Made by a program: the position numbers and the translations under genes. The notes under the pieces are model-generated. The model worked only from the letters and a program-made list of their open reading frames with translations. It did not search any database and was not told the DNA's origin. A stretch of 63,914 nucleotides of DNA, counting the filler, from Collodictyon triciliatum (Eukaryota): NCBI GenBank assembly GCA_043381765.1. It is 8 parts of 8 records of this genome, joined end to end, with 100 filler letters (N's around TTAATTAATTAA, not from the genome) between each part and the next. Parts side by side here need not be neighbours in the genome. Positions count along the whole stretch, not along the records: positions 49,328 to 57,439 come from JBHJMP010003583.1; positions 57,540 to 63,914 come from JBHJMP010003648.1; 6 more parts are not named here. The stretch is one strand, 5' to 3'. The stretch's first letter is position 1. Every line of letters begins with the position of its first letter. Positions 55,188 through 63,914 of this stretch are shown piece after piece.

Positions 55188-57296
55188 TTACGAAATGGTA
55201 CATGGGTATTGCACCTCAGGATGTGTCTTGAGCTTTTGCAAATGCTGGTAAGCCTGGGGAGACAGCGGAGATATTTTGAGTGCCTGTTGCATATACTTCA
55301 CTGCCTCGTTTGGTCTGTTTTGGAGGTTGTGTAGCACCCCGAGCTGCACATAAGCAGTAGCGTCGTTGGGCTCGATGGAAATGGCCTTGCGTTGAATATT
55401 TGTATTTATTGAATGAGAACCCTATACTTTTGCATGCGAATGGAATAGGAAATAATTATAATCTTAAAATATAACCAACCTTCTGCAGAGTCTGGACTGC
55501 GTTTTCATAGTCACCTTTAAACATTTACATTAAGCGAGTGTTATTTGTGCTTGCTATATGATATTATTTCGCTCTTTCACATTCAAATGCGCATCACAGA
55601 TCAGGACACACTGATTTGATTGATAAATAATACCTATCTTCATGTACGACTCTGCCAGATAAATGAATTGCTTATGCGAAGAAAAATCAGAAGCGCACTT
55701 TTTGAGATATTCGATGGCTTTTTCATGCTCATTTCTCGTGCATAGGATGATTCCTAGTCCCTCAGATGCTGTTGTATTTTTGTGATCTAGCTGTGTGTCC
55801 CAATTAATTTCAATATTTAAATTGTGATGCAGTTATGAATAATATCGCAACTATTCAATCAAATGTAAGAGAAAGAAGGCTGCATATTTGTGACTTGCTT
55901 GCAGCGATTTTCTGTAATATGATTCCGCTTCGTCCCACTTAAGAGCTTGTCTATGGGCGTTTCCCAGATTTGCATATAACTATTAACCATGTGCATTATT
56001 TTAACAATAATCAAAGTAAAGGTAAAAATACGTTATTTATTTATTTATTGAGCATACGAATATTTTAATCATAAATAGATGATTATGGAGTATATACCAG
56101 AGAATAAAAAATATAAAACAATTTAGTTTGTGCCATTTATTATCATTGTTATTTTAAAATAACCTGGGCCAAGTCTAACGGGTGGAATCTTAGAGCATCA
56201 TTCAAATGTTTAATTGCCTCTCTTTCTAGTACCTCTGCTTCCACTCGATATATTCTTCCCAATCCTTCAAATCCAGCAGAATTTTGAGGAAATAGTTTAC
56301 ATACTTCTTGAAAAACAATGATGGCATCCTGTTAAACATCCAATTATGAGTATTAGTTACGGGTGAATCTTTTTTTCACAACTTTTGGCCATGTGAAGAT
56401 CCAATATAAATAAAAAAAAAAGACTGTGCTGCGTCTATATTACTTTGAGTCGCCCAGCAGCTATAAAGCAATCGCCTAATGCGACTCTGGACTTGATGTC
56501 ATCCGAGTCAATTGAGACAGACCTTTGATACTCTGCTATTGCATTTTCAAAAAGCTTCTGTTTTAAAAGACAATCACCGATTTGTAAGTGAAGGCCAGAC
56601 TCAATCTTGTACAAGGTTTCGTCGTCCTTTGGGACTTCATTCAGCAAGAGAAAATAGGCCATGGAAGATGATTGAAACGGGTTCCATTTGGATGTATTTT
56701 CAAAAGAATCAAATCTATCCAAATAATTGTTACAAACTCTCTTTGTTAGAATCTGCTGGCTTTTTATGCAAGATGGATATGAAATGTATTAGAATAATTA
56801 TACAATAAGAAATCATACTTTTTGAGAGCAAATAGAGCTTCTTTATACAACGACTCCGCTTCCTCATATTTTCTTGTCTGCATTCTCACTTCACCCATCA
56901 CGATTAGGACACTGATTTCGCCTATACAAATAAAACATATTCTATCTAACATGTATAGTACGTTGCTTTGATAGTGTATTGATGTAGAAGACATCATTAG
57001 AAAATTGTTTCATGGAGATTATTATAACCTTTCGCACCCTGAATAATATTTTTCTTTTTCACGTAAAGTGTATGTCACCAAATCGCATAAAACAAACCAA
57101 GGTTTTCCTTTATTCGATTCAAAAAACAAAAAAACAAACCAGGGTTATTCTCAATGCAGGATGCTCCAACATAATCTGCCTTTTCGAAATCAGCATTATA
57201 AACCAGCCATTTTAGATACAACAAAACGGCAGGATAGAAGTCAGGCTCTATCTCCAGAGCACGCTCAATATGAGATGCACTTGGTCTCCATTCCCC
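55188..57296 (-). CDS. Tetratricopeptide-repeat protein; 5' end lost at contig break, 3' end tentative
   Basis: Exons encode IERALEIEPDFYPA, MGEVRMQTRKYEEAESLYKEAL, IGDCLLKQKLFENAIAEYQRSVSID, LYANLGNAHRQALKWDEAESYYRKSLQ, AISIEPNDATAYVQLG...MQQALKISP. Confidence 0.85.
57089..57146 (-). mobile_element. Ultra-short insertion (26 nt, 57105-57130) with 16-bp TSD that includes a splice donor
   Basis: Minus strand: AACCCTG|GTTTGTTTT [TTTGTTTTTTGAATCGAATAAAGGAA] AACCTTGGTTTGTTTT; 1 mismatch between the repeats. Confidence 0.72.
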
Positions 57297-57337
57297 CTTA
57301 GGGATTAGTTATACAATGAATTAAACTTTCGGCAATA

Positions 57338-57539
57338 AAAAGATATAAAAGATATAAAAGATATAAAAGATATAAAAGATATAAAAGATATAAAAGATAT
57401 AAAAGATATAAAAGATATAAAAGATATAAAAGATATAAANNNNNNNNNNNNNNNNNNNNNNNNNNNNNNNNNNNNNNNNNNNNTTAATTAATTAANNNNN
57501 NNNNNNNNNNNNNNNNNNNNNNNNNNNNNNNNNNNNNNN
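57338..57539. repeat. (AAAAGATAT)n microsatellite followed by the artificial linker at 57440-57539
   Basis: Visible directly. Confidence 0.95.
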
Positions 57540-58341
57540 ATGACAAACTATGTTTTGGATCGAAAGTTTTCCTAAAATGTATATTTCACGGAAAAGATTC
57601 AATCCCACCAAAATATACCTCGGTATGCGCACGCCACTTTTTTGTGCTTAACTTACTATTTACATATATGGAATTTATGATTATATACTCTTTTCTCCTT
57701 ATGCTGATGAGTCTTTGTCAACTTAAAACTATACTATGAATACTTAATATGACATATGTAAATACAATGGGGATTGTGGCTGTACCCTCTCGCAATGAAG
57801 CTGTGATGTGCTGATTGATGATAATATTCCTTTTTTCCTTTCGGAGCTGTGAAATACCCGCGGCTGTGGGTCGTGTAGGAAGTCCAGCGCACAGAGTCGA
57901 TTGGGGGCGCAGTCAATCCTGGCGAGTATGATGGAGATTGACTTGGATACTATATGAGAGACAAGGGCACGTTCGTTTCGTATCTTTATGTGGGTTTCTG
58001 GGGCGAGGGATGGATTTGGCCGCAGCTGTTTTAGGCCTTCAGAACAAGTGAGCTCTCGATAGCTTATATCCAGGATATCAGAGAATCACTTGTGGGAGGG
58101 AGACAAACAGGCCAACCAGCCTCTGCGACAGATGTAGGAAGGTACTATGGAAAGTAAGGTGGAATTGCATAGACTGAAATAGAAAAGAAAAGGAAGGCGG
58201 CCGCAACATCAGGCAAGAAAGAACAAGAGGTCGGGGTGCAGAGAAATGCGTCCTTCTTCAGGGTCTGTGGCGCACCCTTTTGAAGGTCATCTCTGGGAAT
58301 CTTTCTCTTTCTCTCTCTGCGTGTGGAGAGGAGCATTGCGC

Positions 58342-61300
58342 TCATTCTTGGGCAACATCAGGCGGGGGAATAGCCTCAGCCTCTTGCTGCTGAGCAAAGT
58401 TGACAAATACCTGCTCCAAAGTTGTCTGGGAGAGGGCGTAGTCTTCGATTTTCAGCTCCTCCCGCTTCGACTCGATACTTTCAAAGACGGTACCAAGGTT
58501 CATGTTTTGTGCAGATATTTGGTAGCGCAACTTCCCACTGTGCCACTCGAGCAAGTTGGCATCCCGGAAGATGGACTGAATGAACGTTCTCACCTAACAA
58601 GCGAGAAGAAAAGAAAAGAAAAGAAAAGAAAAGAAAAGAAAAGAAAAGAAAAGAAAAGAAAAGAAAAGAAAAGAAAAGAAAAGAAAAGAAAAGAAAAGAA
58701 AAGAAAAGAAAATCGTGACATTAGGGTTTACACCGATGAATAAAGTTGTGGAATCGACTTGAGTTTTTTAGTTTGGTTAGAAATAATGGTGGCATAATTT
58801 CACGTTATTTTATCTATTAGTTTCTTTCTTTTTAGCCCTGGATGGCAGCAACTGACCTTATCCACCATCTCATTGCTGGTTTGGATTTCAAGGCGATAGC
58901 CACTGCCAAACTTGTTTTTGAGGTGCTGTGAGCTGCCGAGGCACTTCATGCGCCCATTCACCATAATACCAATACGTGTGCAAAGTGCTTCGCATTCTTC
59001 CATGCTGTTAGCATAGTATTGAGCGGGGGTTATTCCCAGGGCAAAATAGTGTGGTACATAAATAAGCAAGATGGATGACAGTTTGCTCATTTGCAGCACA
59101 AATTATAGTATGTGGTATGGATATTGTGAAACAGAAGAATAAAAGCCAGACCTATGTGTGGTAAGAATGATGGAGCGACCAGGAATGAATGAGGAAATCA
59201 CGTTCCACATGAATCTTCTTGCGAGTGGGTCCTATAACCAGACAATCTCATTAAACTTGAAATTGCTCCAGGGAAATAACTTTTGGTTCCTTGTTATCGG
59301 GACCCTTTTCTGAAACACGTGATAATAATGATACTACTACTAATAATAATAATTAGTGGTTTCGACACTACATGCGCAAGCTAGTAGAGCGAAAAGAAAA
59401 CATAATGGAAATACAATACGCACCATTCCAGTGGAGGGTTCGTCCTAAAATTCGTGGTAAGGATTAAAAAAAAAAAAAAAGTAAAAAAATTCGAAGGTTA
59501 AAGTCGTGTTTTAGGTTAGTTTCAATATAAATTCAGTCTTATTTGGGATTCTTTTAAAATCCTCTTTCGTTTCCTATGCGACTAAAACAAAGAAATTCAC
59601 CAGAAACAGAATCTTTGGGTCTCCAAGCATTGCAATTGCAAGAGAAAGTTTTCTCTTGTTTCCACCACTATAGGCTTCTGTGAGTTTATCGGCATGTTGG
59701 TCAAGGTCTAGGATATTCAGGGCGTTCTCAACAACCTAACGATGAGAACTATTATACTTCTGTTGACACAAAGAAAATTGGCGAATCTCCTCAGATGACA
59801 TTGCTCACAGCAGCGAATCTGAACCACATGATGTGGGTAGGACATATGCTCGAATGACACATCGACAGGTAAATTCAAGAAGGGTATCATATGCGCTTGC
59901 ATTACGACATACCACATCCAACTTGTCTTCAGGTACGCCACGAAGTCTCCCAAACAAGTACAAATGCTCGCGGCCTGTCATCAGATCGAGGAGGGGGTCG
60001 AATTGTGGACAGAGAGAAATGACTTCGAAAATCTCGCGTTTCTTCCCCATGATGGACTTTCCGCTGAGCCAGACACTTCCGGCTGTTGGAGGAAGTTCGC
60101 CAGATAGAATAGACAAGGTCGTCGTCTTTCCGGCTAAAGTTTTGTATTTTTGAATAGGGAAGTGGTTTTTATTTGCTCACTATTTTTTCTCTCTCTCTCT
60201 CTCTCCTTTATCATCACAGCCTTCATTACTCAAGAGAGAATTTAGCAGTCATGTTCTCAATATAAAAGAATAATCTAAATATTCAGAGAAACATTCCCAC
60301 TTTAAATAACATGAACCAAAAAAAAAGCATTCCTGAAAATTACCTCCATTAGGTCCGAGCAAGCCAAAGCACTCTCCCTCAGGAATACCGAAAGACAGTT
60401 TCTTTACTGCAATTTTTGTGAATAAGTCGTTGGAGTAAACCTTTCGTAAGTCCTTAACAACAACCGCATCTGTGTGGAAGCTCTGCTTCTCGATTCTCTC
60501 TTGCTCTTGAAGAACATCATCATCTCTATCAGCTTCATCAGCAAGTTGGTCCTGTTAATCAAGTCGTTAGGGTATTTGAGGGGATACCGTTTTTTTTTGT
60601 ATAGAATCGAAGGGATGAATGGAAAGAACCAATTGATACAGAAGTTTTAACATTTGGGTATATTACCAAAATATGAACAGGCTCTGCAGGATACAGGAGT
60701 TTGTCAAAGTATCCTTTTTCAAAAAGGACCAAAATCAAGCTGAAAACAACAGATTCCATAAACATGAAGGTAATCGCTCGCCCTGTGTATGATATTTTTT
60801 TCAAAAAAAAAAAAAAAAAAGCAAAGCAAGGGATTGGACACGGTTTTAGCAACCATCGAAAGGAAACATATATAAAACTAAGGAAACTGCACCAGCAACG
60901 TCCCAAGAGAATGGGTCAACTCTCTCTTCACCAGGGATTCCATCAGAGATATCATTGATGCTGATATTGAAAATGCCGATAGCAACGGCGTATGGTGGAA
61001 TCAGGGTAAATAAGTAATCGACGTACTCAGCAGCATCACGGGTGGATGTAGTAGAGTAAAGAATGCTAATGATGATGAGAGATGCCAGGGAAAACACGAT
61101 GTACCTAGGTCCACAAGACAAAAAAAAAAAAAAAAAAAAAAAAAAAGGAAAAAAGGGGTGGTTGAAATGATTGTGCGAACTCAATCATGAGATATCATCA
61201 CAAGAGATTAGGTATTATTTTAACAAAGCGATAAGAGTAATATACACTAACCACGTGGTGATTTTTGTTTGTGTGGCAGATGGATTCTTTACAACGAATG

Positions 61301-63731
61301 AGAGGAGGTAGGTGAATGGGAATACAGACATCCCAAAAGATAACAAGACAACTGCTGTCGCACCAAAATTCCTTCCAATATATGCTTCGGTGTTGCTCGC
61401 TGCGAAAATAATGAAAATAACACAGCAGAATAGCATGAATAGAACAAGATCAGCAATTAGGTATGTAACCCACAGCAACACAGATTTTGCGCCGGAAACG
61501 AGTTGTTGATGTGTAGCCTTAACCTTAGGGTGATTTTGTGTACATTAGTAGACGGAGAAAAAAAAGTGAAAATTGGGGCGCAGCAACGAATGCATACAGA
61601 GGGGTCGATGATATGGATGTGCAGCGATGAAGCAGAAATAGAACTAGAAGATAGGAAATAGAAGGTAATCTATATTACTTCTCTTTCTCGAACAATCGAA
61701 GTAATGAGTGCACCAGGGATAATGCAAACTGCAATTCCAACATAGAGTGCCAGATTGAAGCTCTTCGCATAGTCAGACACAGAAAGATCAAATACTGGAA
61801 GAGGGAGACTACTGGCCACGATTTGGAAGGAGGCGTCTCCCATGAATTGTCGGATGATTGCGTTATTGGCATAGTTGATTCCAATGGGGAGAGAATGAAA
61901 TGCGTTTGTATCGTACATGGAGATGTAACTATATTGCGCACTGCCATCAACTTTGGTATACACAGATGAGACGCGAATATCCTATGAGAACAATAATCCT
62001 ATGTTTAGAAATATCGAAGGGAAAATACCGAAAAAAAAAAAGGAGACACTGATATCAATATATACTTAATATTAAGTATACATTGATATCAGACAATATG
62101 CAGTGCTGAGATTACCGGGTTATTGAGTATAAATTGGTTTATATCCGTGCTCTCGGGTAGTTCAACAAGCCTCACAGAGGGATTCTAACACAATTCAAGG
62201 TCATTTAGAAGAAAAAGAAAACAGTTACAATATATCGTGTTTGCAATTATCCAAGCCTATGTTGATTTTAGAAAAAAGGGACTGATTAATCACAGATAAA
62301 GAGTTTGGCAAGTTTAGAGAATAATGAACAATGAAAACCTTGATTGCGTAATTGTTTAACAAATCCGTGACGGTCCCAGGAGAGGTCGTATTGTCCCAAT
62401 ACAGGTATTTGTTGTCGTTGTCAAGTTCAGAATAATTTAAGCCCAAAAGTTCGGTGTTTCGGTCAGATGTAATTGTGTTCGAAACAACAACAGCCAGCAG
62501 AACAAAGACAGTTGGATAGAACAGCATTTGGAACAGTGCTTTTGAGTCACGCATGGACACCAAAAAGCGTTTCATCAAAAGGGCCTAACAAAATAAATAA
62601 ATAGTGCTTCGTTAGCGCAATCTGGCAGGGCAAATGAACAAGCCTCTAGGTGCTATAATGATTCATCTAAAAGCACAGCACGAAATAGTAAAAGAAGACA
62701 AGGAAAGCTCAAGTTACCTTAAACTGTTGCCAGTAGGAACGCTCGTATTTAATTTCGCCATCATAGAATTTGTTGGCAGTGATCTTTCCGCTAAGGATGC
62801 GGTCCATCGGAATAGAGACGCTTTCATCTTGTTTCAACGACAATCTTTTCTCCTTCAAATCTTCCTCCTCCACACGATCAGCTAGTCGCAGAAATACTTC
62901 CTCCAAGGTAGTCACTGTATGTTGATAGTTTAACAAGGTACATTTAATTGGTTCAAGGAGAGTCAAGTCATCGTGTAGATAAAAATTGTTAATTTTTCGA
63001 GATGTGATGACTTTGCTTTAGGAGTGAAAATAAAATAAAAAAATAAAGATCAATAACTACCAGAGAGACCGTAGCTGTCGATGTTCATCAAGCTCTTGTC
63101 CTTCTCGAGCGCAGTGAAAAGCTTCCCAAAGTTCTTCATCGCTGACCGTGGAAGAACATAGGCAAGCTCTGCTCCAACGTTGCTTAGGACATTGATAGAG
63201 GGATCAAACTGCCTCAGATAGTCTAGCAATGGAGGGGATTCAAGTCTGATAAGGCTAAAATGGTTCATAAAATATACCGTTTGTATAATGAAGAGGAAGG
63301 AGCTAGGGGAATAGCACATATAAAGGGATACCTGTCACAGCAGCCTCTTTGCAAGATGCCTTCTTGACCATTGTAAGAGAGTAGCCCACACCAAATCTAG
63401 TTTTCAGATAAAGAGAACTGCCACACGCAGCTAATTTCCCACGGCTCATGATAGCAATTCTGTCGCCAAGAAGGTCAGCCTGATAATATGCAGTTATTCA
63501 TTAGAGGTCCCTCTGGCAACGTCTAGCTTGTATCTCACTTTGAGATGTATGGCAAAAGGTAACTTGGGAAAATGGTTGACATACGAAGAGAAAATAGCGG
63601 ACTCTGCAAAAAAAAAAAAGTTACGGAATAACAAATTCAACCTCATCCATGAAGTGGGTTGTCAAAACAATTGTTCGTCCATCCTTCAGCTTTTGTAGGA
63701 GGTCCCAAACAGCACGACGTGAGAACGGATC
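58342..63731 (-). CDS. ABC transporter subfamily A, full-size (end of NBD1, TMD2, NBD2); 5' part lies outside the window
   Basis: [12 protein letters not shown]...[68 protein letters not shown]...[60 protein letters not shown]. Confidence 0.95.
58607..58712. repeat. (AAAAG)n intronic microsatellite next to the last ABCA acceptor
   Basis: Visible directly. Confidence 0.95.
62049..62092. repeat. 44-bp near-perfect palindrome in an ABCA intron
   Basis: CTGATATCAATATATACTTAAT|ATTAAGTATACATTGATATCAG; one mismatch, which is G-U on the sense strand. Confidence 0.9.
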
Positions 63732-63914
63732 CTACGTTTGATGATACTGAGTTAAGATGAAGCTTTCTGGAGTATGTTATGTGACACTTTAATTTTTGCC
63801 GGCATTGGGGGGGGGGGGGGGCCCCAAAAAAAATAACAACTCCCGCCAGGTCGTTCCTTTTTTTGGCGCGAAAAAAAAAGAACATTTTTTAAAGCCAGTG
63901 TTTTTAATTTATAA

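Noticed and set aside
57540-58340. Short hairpins and small ORFs downstream of ABCA
   Set aside because: Consistent with an ordinary 3' UTR or intergenic region; stems of 8 bp or less are expected by chance.

Overview
Intron-dense eukaryotic (protist-like, probably flagellated) genomic DNA. The window is not one locus. It is eight separate contigs joined by artificial 100-nt linkers (N44-TTAATTAATTAA-N44), in descending length order (8132, 8125, 8122, 8121, 8115, 8112, 8112 nt, then a truncated one), so only neighbours within a contig are real. Most contigs break at microsatellites. Genes reconstructed by hand across introns: TSR1; a small mitochondrial-type protein related to the SRP54/Ffh M domain (MAP67-like); a TMEM87/GOST 7TM protein; an LRR protein; a DH-PH-MORN RhoGEF; BUD32/TP53RK; a SWR1/SRCAP/PIE1 remodeller; a NACHT-TPR-pentapeptide-WD40-SEL1 NLR-like protein; KIF6 (kinesin-9); sterol C5-desaturase; a PPP1R36-like protein; a TPR protein; and an ABCA transporter. 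There is also a non-LTR retrotransposon fragment. The main unexplained signal is a dispersed family of very short (24-70 nt) intronic insertions. They share the 3' core TTGAATCGAATAAAGG plus a G/A tail, and five of six are flanked by 13-17 bp target-site duplications that start at or next to a T|A junction. This looks like target-primed reverse transcription leaving only a tiny tag. Exon boundaries and family assignments come from manual reading and recalled motifs, not database searches.
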